Shown: positions 39,458 through 52,334 of the stretch, piece after piece
How the letters are laid out: each line of letters starts with the position of its first letter
How positions within the stretch are numbered: position 1 is the stretch's first letter
Assembly: GCA_030704615.1 (NCBI GenBank)
Contig: CM060733.1
Coordinates: 65,348,001-65,412,000 of the forward strand
Direction: 5' to 3'
Length of the DNA: 64,000 nucleotides
Source of the DNA: Takakia lepidozioides
Lineage: Eukaryota; Plantae; Bryophyta
Notes under the pieces: generated by a model
What the model was told of the DNA's origin: nothing
What the model saw: only the letters and a program-made list of their open reading frames with translations
The model's database searches: none
Translations under genes and position numbers: made by a program

Positions 39458-41505
39458 CTAGCGACAAGTGCTCCATACTCCGTTTGTAACACTGGTGCAG
39501 CCGTGACTGCTCTTGCGTTTCAACATGCAATCATGCTGCAAGGGTTTGTCATGGATACCACTGTATCCCTTTAACTTATTGGCATTGACTCTTCCCAGCA
39601 TTTCTTTGTTAATGGTTTGTAACATGGCGGTGTTGTTATCATACATCTTTTGTATGACATAAGGTCCTTTCCATGGTGATTTAAGCTTAGAAGCTTTAAT
39701 CTTTCCTTTCTTCTGCAACCATAGAACCAAATCCCCGTCTTAAAAGTCTTTAACTTGCCTTCATCAAACTGTTCCTTCTCTTCATCTGAATTCTGGTCAT
39801 ATTATCAGCTGCATCAGCACGTACTTCTTCCACATGGTATAATTCATGTTTCCTGACCTTAATGGAATCTTGCAATTCCATTCTCTTTCCCCACTCCGTT
39901 CTCATGGTAGGTAACAGGAATTCCACTGGAAGTAAGGCTTCCATACCATAAACTAATTGGAATGGTGTATACTTAGTGGTGACTTTATATGAAGTCCTGT
40001 ATGACCACAAAGCTGTCAGCAGCTTTGTATCCCAATCCGTTCTGTTTGCATTGACTATCTTAGCCAAGATAGTACATAGTATTTTGTTGGTAGCCTCTGC
40101 CTGCCCATTACCCTGTGGGTAATATGTTGTACTTTTTCTATGCACAATCATGAACTCTTTAGTCAACAACTCAATGGTCTCATTCATGAAGTGACTTCCC
40201 TGATCACTGATAAATTCTAAGGGACAGCCAAATCGTGTAAGTATGTTCTCGTACAGGAACCTTGCTGTGGACTTGGTGTTGTCCCTCAAAGCTTTAGCTT
40301 CCACCCACTTCGTAGTATAATCAGTGGCTGTAATTATGTACCTGTTCCGTGTATTCTTGGCTGGTGGGTTAATTGGTCCAACAAAGTCTAGTCCCCATTT
40401 CTGAAATGGTTCCGTAGGCATTGTAGGATGCAAGGCCATCCTTCCAGATCTCTGCAAAGGTCCTAGCCTCTGACATTCATCACAACTCTGACAATACTCG
40501 TGTACATCTTTGAACAAAGTAGGCCACCAGTAACCTGCGAGTAGTATCTTCCTACTGGTAGTCTCTTCTCCAAAATGACCTCCAGCCACTCCTTTATGAA
40601 CTTCCTCCAAAACTTTATTTACTTCATGGTGGTACAAGCATCGTTTTAGTACTCCATCAGGTCCTAGCTTATACATTCTGCTTCCTACCATAGTATAAGG
40701 TAAAGCTTTGATAGCGATTCTCTTCCTCTGCTCCTTACCATAACTAGGTGGGCACTGACCATGAGCAAGGTAGTATCTGATTGGCCACTGCCAATCTAAC
40801 CAGTCATCTGCACTTCCCTGCACCTCCACTGCAAATAGACTCGCATCTGGTAATTGATCATCTATTCCTGTGGCTGGTTCTCCTGTTGATAACCGTGACA
40901 AGTGATCCGCCACAAGATGCAGTCTCCCAGGCTTGTAAACAACCTCGAACTCAAACTCGTGCAAGATTATCAACCATCTTGCTATTCTTCCGCTTATCAG
41001 AGGTTTATTTACCAGGTATATCAGAGCCTGGTGATCCACATAGAACATAAACTTCTTGCCCAACAGGTAATGCCTGAATTTCTTCACTGCATAGATCATT
41101 GCCAATGCTTCTCTTTCCGTTGTGCTATAGTTCCTTTCAGCACTGTTCATCAATTTGCTAGCATAGTACACAGGTGAATCTATATTTCCTATAACATTCT
41201 GGGCTAACACCGCTCCCAACGCTTCTCCTGATGCATCGCAGTGAACATGAAATACTACATGCCAGTGAGGGTTAATTAGCACAGGTGTAGTTGTTACTGA
41301 CAGTGTAAGTTCCTCAAACGCCTGTTGACATTCAGCTGTCCAGGCAAACACTGCATCTTTCTTCAGTAGCTTGCTCAATGGTGCTGCTATTTGTGCATAC
41401 CTTTTGACAAATCTTCTGTAATAACTGGTTTGCCCAAGGAATCTCCTTAGACTCTTAACATTCACTGGTGGTGGAGAGGCTTTAATGGCCTCTGTCTTCC
41501 TGGGC
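39458..41505 (-). pseudogene. pol: pol: RT connection, RNase H, integrase (HHCC, DDE, GPY)
   Basis: LRRFLGQTSYYRRF, CDAS, YSTTERE, H..HFG..C..C, WGLDF, SDQGSHF, GQAE. Confidence 0.92.
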
Positions 41506-43995
41506 TGTTGGCCTCTTCGAAGCAATGGCGTGTCCCGAAGGCCCTCTCGCAAGGCCGCTCGAGGAGAGAACTCAAAGAAGATATTACCGTCGACGTCTGC
41601 GGGAAGGCATGTAACTGATTTAATTGCAAACTTGCTGTAGTCCAGCCCGGCCAGCTCCGAGCGGTGTCCCTCCATGTGAAGCCCTCGCAGAATTTCAAGA
41701 ATGGATCGAACTGCGGTGCTCGTGCTGGGAATATGACTCCCTCGTCCACTAACGTCCATTGAGGACTTGCCTGATCTCCAGGACGATCTCGGAACTTCCA
41801 TGACCTCGTCTGAGTCGGACAGGTTGTGAACAACCCGGTTCTCGCTCGTCTTCATTGATGGGTTCGGCTCTGGTTTTACTTCGTTGCGGACTTCTCTCTT
41901 TGAGGTACCCACACTTTGATTCGCGGATTGTTTCGTGGAAGGCGCCAGGATAGAAGGTGCATTTGGCGGGCAAATGAAGTCCCCAATAGCCCTGTATATG
42001 ACGCTGTCCGATGGTGGAACTCGTCATTCCCTGCCATCGCCGAAATCATCGTGGAGCACAACAATACTCTCGACAACAACGCCGTTTGAGTCCTTCTTTT
42101 CTTCCTCCAAAAAAACCGACCCCGGTTTCAGGTGGTATCGAACGCACAAATATTTCTCCATCACACGGCAGATGTCCCCTCTGCACGGAAATGAAGCTCT
42201 ATGCTCGTGAGGAGGGCAGTACACTGTAGCGCTCGGTTTTCCGCCATGGGAGATGTGCACACAAGACAGCCAGGATGGCGTGCGGGCAAGCTCCCTGGTA
42301 GAAGGGGGATGCAGCGATGGGAAGGAATGCGGTGCTGATTTGTCCGTGCGACGAAGCCTGATCCAAATCCAGGGAGCCAACTATCTCAAAAATCCACAGT
42401 CAGAGTGTTAATGAACCTTGTCTCTGGAATGTGGCCCCTGGTCTTTGCGCAATAACTGCCAACGGTATGCAGTCAGAAAGTGGGGGGCCGTCCGGATGAT
42501 GTTGGCTGAAGGGGAGAAGCCGGCACCGGGCCGGCACCGGGCCGTCACATTACTACCCCCGGATGGAAATTCGGCACCGAATATCCAACAGGGGCCGCCC
42601 GGTTGAAGTCGCCTCGGTAGAGAGGCCGACACCTGTCCGACAGAGAACATCCCCCGGATGGAAATTCAGAGCCGAATTTCCATCCGGCCCCCCAAAGAAA
42701 GTCCTGTCGGGGGGTCAGGCCGAAAACTGGCCGACATAAAAACCTCCCCGAATGGAAAAACAGCGCCGAATTTCCATCCGAGGCCGTTCGGATGCAGTCG
42801 GCTCGGGGGGAGAGGTCGGCACCTGGCCGTCACATTACAACCCCCGGACGGAAATTCGGCACCGAATATCCAACAGGGGACGCCCGGATGAAGTCGCCTC
42901 GGGCGGAGAGACCGGCACCTGTCCGACAGAGAGCATCTCCCGGATGGAAATTCGGCGCCGAATTTCCATCCGGGCCCCCACAAAGGAAGTCTTGTCGGGG
43001 GTCAGGGCGAAAAGGCCGACATAAAAACCTCCCCGGATGGAAAAACGGCGCCGAATTTCCATCCGGGGCTGTTCGGATGCAGTCGGCTCGGGGGGAGAGG
43101 GCGGCACCTGGCCGTCAAATTACAACCCCCGGACGGAAATTCGGCACCGAATTTCCAACAGAGGACGCCCGGATGAAGTCGCTTCGGGCGGAGAGGCCGG
43201 CACCTGTCCGACAGAGAGCATCCCCCGAATGGAAATTCGGCGCCGAATTTCCATCCGGGCCCCCCCGAAGGAAGTCGTATCAGGGGGTCTGGCTGAAAAC
43301 AGACCGACATAAAAACCTCCCAGGATGGAAAAACGGCGCCGAATTTCCGTCGGGGCCGTTCGGATTTCCACCTAGCAGTCGAGAATTCCCTGAAAAACGT
43401 GTCTAAAAGTGGACTTCAGCCAAAAAACTAAAGGTTTAGTGTCTTTTTAGACCAAAAACCTAGCGGCCACGCTCAGAATTACCTGCAGGATGGTAATTCG
43501 GCGCTTCGACTTACCTGGAGGATGGAAATTCGGCGCCGAATTTCCATCCAGCAGCGATCCAAGGTACCTGCTGGATGGAAATTCGGCGCCGGATTTCCGT
43601 CCATCCGGGCTCCAAATTACTTGCAGGATGGAAATTCGGCACCGGATTTCTATCCATCCGCTCTCCGAAATACCTGCATGACGGAAATTCGGCGCTCCGA
43701 GTTACCTGCAGGATGGAAATTCAGCGCCGGATTTCCATCCGGCCGCGCTCCGACTTAGCTAGCGGATGGAAATCCGGTGCCGGATTTCCATCCATCCGCT
43801 CTTCGAATTACCTGCATGACGGAAATTTGCAGCGCCGACTTACCTGGAGGATGGAAATCCGGCGCCGGATTTCCATCCATCCGCTCTTCGAATTACCTGC
43901 ATGACTGGAAAAATGGCGCCGAATTCCGATTTTGGTGCCAGTCAGATATGGGACTTAGCCATTTTTCGGGCCCCGAACTGGATAAATGACGCCGG

Positions 43996-44041
<46 letters not shown>

Positions 44042-45522
44042 CGCCATTTTTCCAGTTCGGGGTTGAAAACGGCTAAGTCCCAGATCTGACTGGCACCAAA
44101 ATCGGAAATTCGGCGCCATTTTCCAGTTCTGGGCCCAGTCAGATCTGGGACTTAGCCATTTTCGGCCCCGAAAATGGCTAAGTTCCTACGGTGGCTGGGA
44201 ACCGCAACTGGAAATTCGGCACCATTTTTCCAGTTCCGCGCCCTATCAGATCTGGGACTTAGCCATTTTCGGCCCCGAACTGGAAAAATGCGCCATTTTT
44301 CCAGTTCGGGGCCGAAAATGGCTAAGTCCCTAGGGTGGCTGGCACCAAAATCGTAAATTCGGCGCCATTTTTCCAGTTCCGGGCCCAGTCAGATTTGGGA
44401 CTTAGCCATTTTCGGCCCCGAAATGGAAAAATGGCGCCATTTTTCCAGTTTAAGGCCCCAAAAATGGCTAAGTCCCTAGGGTGGCTGGAACCGCAACCGG
44501 AAATTCGGCACCATTTTTCCAGTTCCGCGCCTTGTCAGATCTGGGACTTAGCCATTTTTGGCCCCGAAAATGGCTAAGTCCCTAGGGTGGCTGGAACCGC
44601 AACCGGAAATTCGGCGCCATTTTTCTAGTTCCGCGCCCAGTCAATTCTGGACTTAGCCATTTTCGGGCCCAACCTAGGAAAATGGTGCCAAAAATGGTTT
44701 ACGAGTGAGTGGTCGCATTGTAAGTTGCTTCCTGATTTTGTGAGGCACCTCCCCTCGTTTTTTTATTTCTTTGAAAGACCGTTTCTGCTGCTTCTGCTGG
44801 TATTGACATTCTTCAAGTGGATTTGTTCTTACTGTAGGATGCCAAGTACTGTAGGAGAGTACTGTAGGAGGGACGTCTACACCACAGTTCATGGGCAGGA
44901 GGAACGTGCATTTTTTTGCCAGGGGGGATTTCATGCCTAGTCCAGAAAGGGACTACATCCTTCTTATGTTGCCCGGCTTGCTTCGGTGTCCATTAGGAGG
45001 TGTTCCGAACCTAGTCGTGTACAGCAGATTTTAGACGAGGCAAGCCTCAAGAAAATGAAGATGAGGGAGGAGGCAGCATCTATTAGAGCCCGTCAGGCTC
45101 GTAGATTTGTCTTGGATTCAGCTGAGGAAAGTGGGGGAGAAGATGCAGAAGATTCCCAGGAGGTGAGGTGGACAGTCCCTCAAGAGGACGGGATTTTTGA
45201 GAGGCATAGTGGAACTGATGCATCACAGAGCTCGGAGGATGAGGGGGATGAGGAGGATGAGGAAGAAGGTGGGGCAAGTTCCTCAGAGGGTGTAGGAGAG
45301 TAGTGCCCATTCCGGCTATGACAGTTAGAACACACTTGTATAGACATGGCTTGCCACAAAATTTGCAATAAAATGTGGCATTTCAAGTCCATTGGTGCCA
45401 CATTCCAACTTCACATGACCCTATTTTCGTGCCTCCTAACCCTATTTCCGTGGACACACAATGGTCTGCTCATGTTTTTTTTTTTCGCTCTTGCTCATGC
45501 CGCTCATGAAATAGCAGCCCCC
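41506..45522 (-). mobile_element. Internally deleted, inverted copy of the 10076-23182 MULE
   Basis: Ends GCTCATGAAATAGCAGCCCCC at 45522. Retains the last cargo exon, both palindrome arrays and the transposase 5' part; lacks the ParB and MTase exons. Confidence 0.92.
43996..44039 (+). repeat. Poly(A) tract within a palindrome array
   Basis: About 44 A residues. Confidence 0.95.
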
Positions 45523-45629
45523 GTCTGGCATCATTATGTATTAGTCATATAGTGCTTTCCCCAGCGAACGAACCTTAGAACTAATTAATCCTCTTTTAGG
45601 ATTGATTCTAGTTTTATTCTACATCTGCC

Positions 45630-45930
45630 CAATATGGGCCTCCAAGGACCTCCAATCGTCCTCCAACCAGCCCTCACAAGGCTCCACAGGCCTGCAAAAC
45701 TTGGCCTCGAAGGACCTCAAATAGTCCTTCAAACAGCCCCAAGCAGGCTCCACAAACCTGCAAGATATTGGCTTCAATAGACTCTAAATAGTCCTCAAGC
45801 AGGCCCCAATACCTGCAAAATATTGGCCTCAATAGACCCCAAATAGTCCTCAAGCAGGCCCCAATACCTGCAAGATATTGGCCTCAATAGACCCCAAATA
45901 GTCCTCAAAGCACGCCCCAGAAGGCTCCAA
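45630..45930. repeat. ~55-bp tandem repeat
   Basis: GGCCTCAATAGACCCCAAATAGTCCTCAAGCAGGCCCCAATACCTGCAAGATATT units. Confidence 0.85.
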
Positions 45931-45969
45931 AAATATCCATAGTCAGTCGATTTTTCATGCGTCACTGAC

Positions 45970-46310
45970 CAAATTTCATCCAAAACCGCAATTTCTCATA
46001 CGCAGGTCCGATACTTCATCCGCCGCGATAGTTCATCCATCGGTGCGATATTTCATCCACTGACGCAATTTCATCCGCTGGCACTGTTTCATCCGTTGCC
46101 ACGATTTGTCATCCAATAGCGCGATAGTTCATCCGCTGATGAGATTTCATCCGCTGGCGCAGTTTCATCCGTCGACGTGATTTTTCATCCGATAGCGCGA
46201 TAGTTCATCCGCTGACGAGATTTCATCCTCTGGCGCAGTTTCATCCACTGCAACCGATTCTCATCCAGGAGCGCCAATTTTCATCCACTGGCTCAATAGT
46301 TCATCCGATT
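45970..46310. repeat. ~20-bp degenerate tandem repeat with a TTCATCC core
   Basis: More than 15 TCATCC cores at regular spacing. Confidence 0.85.
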
Positions 46311-47308
46311 GGACAATGGTGGTGCTCCCAACTCTGGGGCAATGTTCCCACGCGTTCCTATGCGTTCCCACGAGTTCCCAAGCGTTCTCACGCGTTCCCA
46401 AGCTAGGGTTTGCGCCGCTTTGCCTCTGCGATTGTTGCAACGAGCTATGGCTTCTATGGAGCAACCAGAGGTGCTGTTCTCGGTGTGCCTCTAACTCCCT
46501 GAGCAAGTTATTTGCCACACAACAAGCTCTCTTTCTCTATAGAACTTATTGAAACAAGTATAGAACAAGCTATTGAGCTTTCTATGGCATACCCTCTTCT
46601 AGCCATCTGTCGTGCGCATACATATCGCTACACAACTACATCGTTGTCCAAAACCACACAACACATGTGCACACCACACACTAGTATACCACTAGTCTAC
46701 CACTAGTCCAGCCACTAGTCCAACCACTAGGCTACAACTAGTCAGTCACTAGGCTGCCACTACGCTGCCCACTATGGCAGTCACTAGTCCACACAATGAT
46801 AAAGAGGAAGAATACAAGCACAAGCTCATGCGAGCTCACAAAGCTGAAGCATAAACTCATGCATATATAACCTCATCACTCAAATACAAGTCAAGCCAAG
46901 TGCACCCCACGCCATGGGGAATCCACACTACGGCGCCATAGCTAGGCGCGGTGAGGCTCAACTCGAGAGAAAGATGAGCCTCCCGCTTGCCGTGAAGATA
47001 ACCACTCCAGGGCCTAAATCTGCCTTGACCCCTGGATTGACACTTGGGCCAATCCCAAATGTCAATATGTAAAAGCTAGCTATTTCCTAGCTAGTTTCAC
47101 ACTAGTGGTAAAATAACTTGACAGCTGTCGTGCGCATACATATCGCTACACAACTACATCGCTGTCCAAAACCACACAACACATGTGGTGCACACACACT
47201 AGTATAGTATACCACTAGTCCACCACTAGTCCAACCACTAGGCTACAACTAGTCAGTCACTAGGCTGCCACTACGCTGCCCACTATGGCAGTCACTAGTC
47301 CACACAAT

Positions 47309-47319
47309 CGCCCCCCTAG
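47309..47319 (-). promoter_or_regulatory. Short G-rich PPT-like tract immediately 5' of B1
   Basis: CTAGGGGGGCG-AT-TGTG; same arrangement at 9745-9755. Confidence 0.6.
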
Positions 47320-47566
47320 CTGGTGCTTAGGTCCCTCTAAGTCCAGGTAGCCACAAGATGTGATAGTGACCATAGCCTCACTAAGTCCTCCACCACTATC
47401 CCTACTACACTCAAACTCGATAGATCAAGAGGCCGGGTGCAAGAGTTGCCCCATCGTTAGTCGCCGTCTTGCAACCTGTGAACTTGAGCTTGGGATCTCA
47501 TGTATTGACTCCTATGAGCTTGGCCTCCCATGTCTTGTTAGCTGCCTCCAGTCATGTCCACTGCCA

Positions 47567-48360
47567 CTATCCCAAGCAGTGTGGACACAACCAATCTCCG
47601 TCAGGAACCTTCTCAAGAGGTGGTGTCAAGCATCCCATATGCCAACCCCTTGAGCATCGATCACACACCAGCATGGTGGCTGCCCCTTTGGCAGACCCAC
47701 AGAGCATGCACCTCAAACCTGCAGGTACCACTGCCAAGTTTGGGTCAACTCTGCCATCGACATTGGGAAGGTGACATGGCGCACAATTACGCACATGGTC
47801 CTTCCAAGTCATGCCATCCCGACCCTCCAAGATCAGGACCCCTGAGGGCAACACCTCTCGAACCCTCAGAATAACACGCCCTGCAGTAACATCCAGAGTC
47901 GTAGGAGCAGTCTGCTGCAAATAAACATAGTCACCAGGGCTAAACCTCCGAACCCCAGGACGATATCCTCCACCACGTATAGTGGCATACCTCAACGTAT
48001 CACGGTGCTGTGCAATGGCAAGGTTCTCAAAAGCCATGGGCATGACTTTCTTGAACAACGAAGTCAAGACTCCACCTGTAGCCCAATCCCATGATAGGTA
48101 AAGGATGCAACTGTGGTGTAGGGGCGTTGAATGAAGCACGCACCCTGTCACACACCATGCACCTAGCCACAAACTGTTGCACCTCTGTATGCAACCACGC
48201 CACCAATACTGCCCTGCAGTAAACTGTGAGTGCGTCGCACTCCAAAATGCCCCAACTCCTCATGGCATGCCGCACTAACCGTGCACGCTGTGTGGGGTGA
48301 GGCACAATCCTCACCCGACCATCCTCCACACTCGAAGTAGGTGTATCCCCTCCCACTTGA
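47567..48360 (-). pseudogene. Integrase (HHCC, first D, core deleted) with a C-terminal PHD finger
   Basis: CMVC, WSLDF joined directly to LFKKVMPMAFENLAIAQ; CMLC...CDRCSRGWHMGC...WLCPHC (C4HC3). Confidence 0.88.
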
Positions 48361-49996
48361 ACCTCTTGGCTCGTTGCAGGATCCGATCCCTCTCCCTGGC
48401 AGTCACAATGGCTGCCGTGTCTCCCGTGCGGAGGTAGTCCAACACAGCCGAATCCTCATGTATATCTCTGGCACCACCTAGCTCATCACTAGCCTCAGGG
48501 TCCTCAGACACTCCGTCTACAGTCATCCCTGTTGTAGGTCCAATCTGACCTCCCGATGCCAAGATACACAAAAATGCAGATGCGTGCCATCCCGGCACCA
48601 TCTCCTCGTCCGTCTCACCATGCCACCGAGCTCCAGTGTCATCCTGCTGGCTCATGCATGGATTGCGACTCAATCCATCCGCATCCCGATTGACCAAACC
48701 CGGTCGATGCACAACCTGAAAGTCATACTCCTGGAGTATAAGTGCCCACCGTGCAAGCTTCCCCGTAAGCTTGTCTGACTCCATCAACCACTTGAGTGGC
48801 TGGTGATCCGTGACAAGGGTGAAAAGATTGCCGTATAGATAGCACCTGAAGTGTGCCACGGCCCACACTGCAGCTAAGCACTCTCCCTCATATGAGCTGT
48901 ACTTAGCCTCTGCAGCGTTGTTCGAGCGGCTAGCGTAAGCCACTACGAACTCTCTTCCCTCATCATCCACCTGTGTGAGCACCGCTCCAAGCCCCAGCAT
49001 GCTCCAATCCGTATGCAGCTGAAAGGGACGCCCCCTGATAGGTCGTCTCAAGATAGGCGCCGAGGTCAACCTCGCCTTGAGCTCTTGAAAAGCTCGTTCC
49101 TGCTCATCTTCCCACTGCCACTCCTGGTCCACCTTGGTCAGCTTGGTTAGAGCCTTTGCAATGGTACTAAATCCCTTGACAAACCGTCTATAATAGTTTG
49201 CCAACCCCATGAAAGCTCGAACTCGGCTCACATCCGTGGGGCGTGGAATTTGTGCAATGGCCTCTACCTTAGTCTGCTGTACCCCCAATCCTCCAGGATA
49301 TATCATGTGACCCAGATACTCAATCTGGTTGTGGAAAAACTTGCACTTCCCCGGATGCAACTTCAATCCGTGCGCTCTCAAGCGCTCCAATACCACCTGA
49401 AGGTGTCTCTCATGCTCCTCCATCGTAACACTAAAGATGATGATGTCATCTATGTAGCACCGAGCAAAGTCCACCCCTGCTAGAATCCTATCCATGACTC
49501 TCTGAAACTCTGCAGGAGCATTCTTAAGCCCAAATGGTAAGAACCGCCACTGATATAGGCAATCCTTGCCGTGCTCATTGATCCCCCAGAATGCCGTCTT
49601 CTGCTTGTCCGCCTCCTTGATTGGCAACTGGTGATATCCGGATCGTAAATCCAAAGTGCTAAAGGCCTTAGCATGCCCGATGGCATCAAAGATCTCCTCT
49701 GGTGTTGGCATGGCATACTTATCGGACTTGGTCTGACGATTTACAGGCCGGTAATCACCGCACATACGTCTCTCCGTCCAATTGCCATAGACATCCTTCT
49801 TGGCTGGCATCACTGTGGCTGAAGCATACTCTCCACCAGAGAGCTCCACCAAACCTGCCTCCCAGAGATCTTGAGTCCTCATCTGAATCAAAGACCTCTC
49901 CATGTCACTGTATCTATAGGGTCTCCGAAAGATTGGCGTGTCAGTGGCCAACTCAATACGGATCTCTTGACCCTTCAGTGCTCCCAAGTCCTTCAA
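48361..49996 (-). CDS. pol: Reverse transcriptase-RNase H
   Basis: LDLRSGYHQ, PFGLKNAP, YIDD (49445-49456), YLGH, TDWS, YSSYEGE, TDHQPL. Confidence 0.95.
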
Positions 49997-50439
49997 ACTG
50001 AAGGCAAAGCAATTCCTGTAAGCCCTCAGGAACCGCCGTATACGTCGTCTCTCTCCTCCGGTGACAATGGGTCCAATGTCAGGCTCCCAATTGTCCTCCG
50101 TAACTGCAACCTTAAGTCCAGTGGGCTTAGAGGTAGAGGACGCGTCCCGTGGTTGCTATGTGCAACCTCTTGAGCAGTACTCCCTACCTGCTCAGTCAAT
50201 GACAAGGCCTCATCCTGCCCCATCATCTCATCCTTGAGGACCTCCTCAACTCGAGAAGAATCCCCAACCTCATCCATCACAGCCGCCTTGGCTGCCAACT
50301 CCCTCTGAACCTCGAGCACCTCCCACGTGTGCCATGGATGCATGCACCCCGTGGTCCTCATATGCTCGCCCCCACTCACTGCCTGTACCGTCTCGGTAGG
50401 CAGAGAGACCATTGAGGGAAGTGTATTCCGCACTCTGCG

Positions 50440-51420
50440 TTTGCTCAGCTAGAGCCAAGCTGATAATCCAGGTCAAGCAATTGAGATCCATTGCTTGCCC
50501 CAACACTTGACGACGTGATGCCTCAGAAAGAGACGACACCGCCGTGGTACCAGTGGTAAAACCCATTGCCCGCTCACGCTCGTCAGCATTAGGCTCCACT
50601 AACTGCTGCAACTGAGCATCCCACAGGAGGCCAGGTCCACTATCCCGGAAAGCATGCGATCCTGGGAAGCTGAGCAGTGTAGGTAATGCTGCTCGTGGTT
50701 GACCCACCTTGTTGACCACTGCCAAAGGCGAACGGTCATCGTGTCTCACACGTTGAGACTGCCTCCCTGTGTCCAGAATGTTATCCACTGTGAGATGTGC
50801 TGGCCGCTGCACCCCATCAAATGCACGCTTGAGCAGTGCGGGTGGCATCAAGTTAGTCCACCATAGCCGTGGACGATGAGCCCGTGACCCACTGTAGCTG
50901 CATCTAGCAACACTGCTGACCCAAGCCACGACCGGACTTGATGCACACTGGCCATCACCCTGGCCCGAGAATCGCCCATCAGTGGCACATTCTCCAAGAT
51001 GTATGCTGGAGATACAGCTTGATGAAGCTGCAAGTGGCGCAAAACCCGCACCATCTCCCAAAACAGACCCGACCTCGAGTCTCGCAATCCATTGCCATGC
51101 CCGGCTGATGAATGCCCTTGGCAGGGCCAACCTGCCACTACCAGATCAATGGAGCCAACCCGCTCCAAATCCTGCGCCCCCAGCAACGAAATGTCTGCTG
51201 GCAAGGCCTGCTGATATCCACGAATTGCAGACACCGACAACAACTCAGGGTACCGCTGCACCAACTGAGCAACATGGCGAAGTGAAACGCGTCGTGCAGT
51301 CTCATCCCTCTCCACATACAGGTAACGCCGAACTCGTACACCTGCCTGTAACACAGCAGCCAATCCGGTGCTGATCCCGCCAAACAAGTCCAGAAAGACA
51401 AATGCCTTCATCCGGATACT
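50440..51420 (-). pseudogene. C5 cytosine DNA methyltransferase domain within pol (frameshifted near 50885)
   Basis: Motif I DLFGG (51373-51390), II YVE, IV GWPCQGHS (~51120), VI ENV (50986-50994), VIII RPR, X LGQAM. Confidence 0.93.
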
Positions 51421-51779
51421 GCCACACAATAGGTGTGGTGTCCAATGGAGACAATTGAGGTGGTCCTGGTGCAATCCCCACACTCTCCTCCTCTCCTGAC
51501 GGTACAAAAGCCTCCACCCAGGCTTGTTGCACCCGTCGATCAGCATCCCGCTGCAAATCCTTGCTCGTGCCCCACAATGGAGTCTGAGCAACCATGGTAG
51601 GCAACTCCGCCATACCATACATGTCATCCTGCTCTCCGGAGGTGGTACATCCTCTGAATGAGCATTGCCCTCAAGCAACTCTCTAGGCCAACTCACTGCG
51701 CTGTGAATGCTGCTAGTGTCGGCATCTTGCCTCGCTGGGCAACCGCAACTCCTCCTATGAACGTCACAGGGAGCTGCAC

Positions 51780-52200
51780 GCCGGCCCTCCCCTGACTGCC
51801 ATGCAGGCCTATAGGAAGCTGACTCCTCCCAAAAATCCAGGGTGAAGCCCATGGGGTACAACACTGCCCCACCAACCAGGACATCGTATGAGACTGCGTC
51901 TGTCACAATGGCCTTGGCTCGCATCACTGAGCCATCTGTAGGGTGATCCGGCCGTAGTCTGATAGCCAACTCATGCCGTGTCATGCCCCGAGCCTGCTCC
52001 GATCCTCCCAGAGACGTCTGTATCTGGAAAGGACAAGGCTCCATATCCGCCTCCGTGAGGCCCAAGCCTGCAATAGCAGCTCTGCCCAGCATCAGTGGCT
52101 GAGCTCCCGAGTCCAACAAGACTCGCAGTGGCCGGTACCTCTTGCCTGCCGGTCCACTCAAACAGAAAATGCCATCCTGGTTGTCTAACATGACAACTCC
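51780..52200 (-). CDS. Aspartic protease domain
   Basis: VLLDSGA (52105-52113) and YDVLVG. Confidence 0.85.
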
Positions 52201-52334
52201 AGGTGTCACCATGGCGCGCTCAATGGCTGGCCTAGCTGGCAGCTCCATCAACCTGGCAGCTGCAGCTTGCCATGGCGCCGCCGTGGCAGTCTTGACCCTC
52301 AAATCCGAGGATCCCTCCGGCACTACACCTCCCA

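Larger units (their letters stand above)
34043..41505 (-). mobile_element. Family E (Athila/Tat-like non-chromovirus) Gypsy: RH-IN, extra 3' ORFs, PPT, 3' LTR; 5' part lost
   Basis: LTR 34043-35043, PPT 35044-35060; pol 39458-41505. Confidence 0.88.

Noticed and set aside
43996-44039. LINE/SINE poly(A) tail
   Set aside because: No retroposon body or TSD; it looks like expansion of the GGAAAAA run of a repeat unit.
46608-47306. Solo LTR (A) nested between chance duplications, or a tiny TRIM with B LTRs
   Set aside because: The CATC TSD spans 46608-57544, B1 follows the element's PPT-like tract, and the same layout recurs in a diverged relative.
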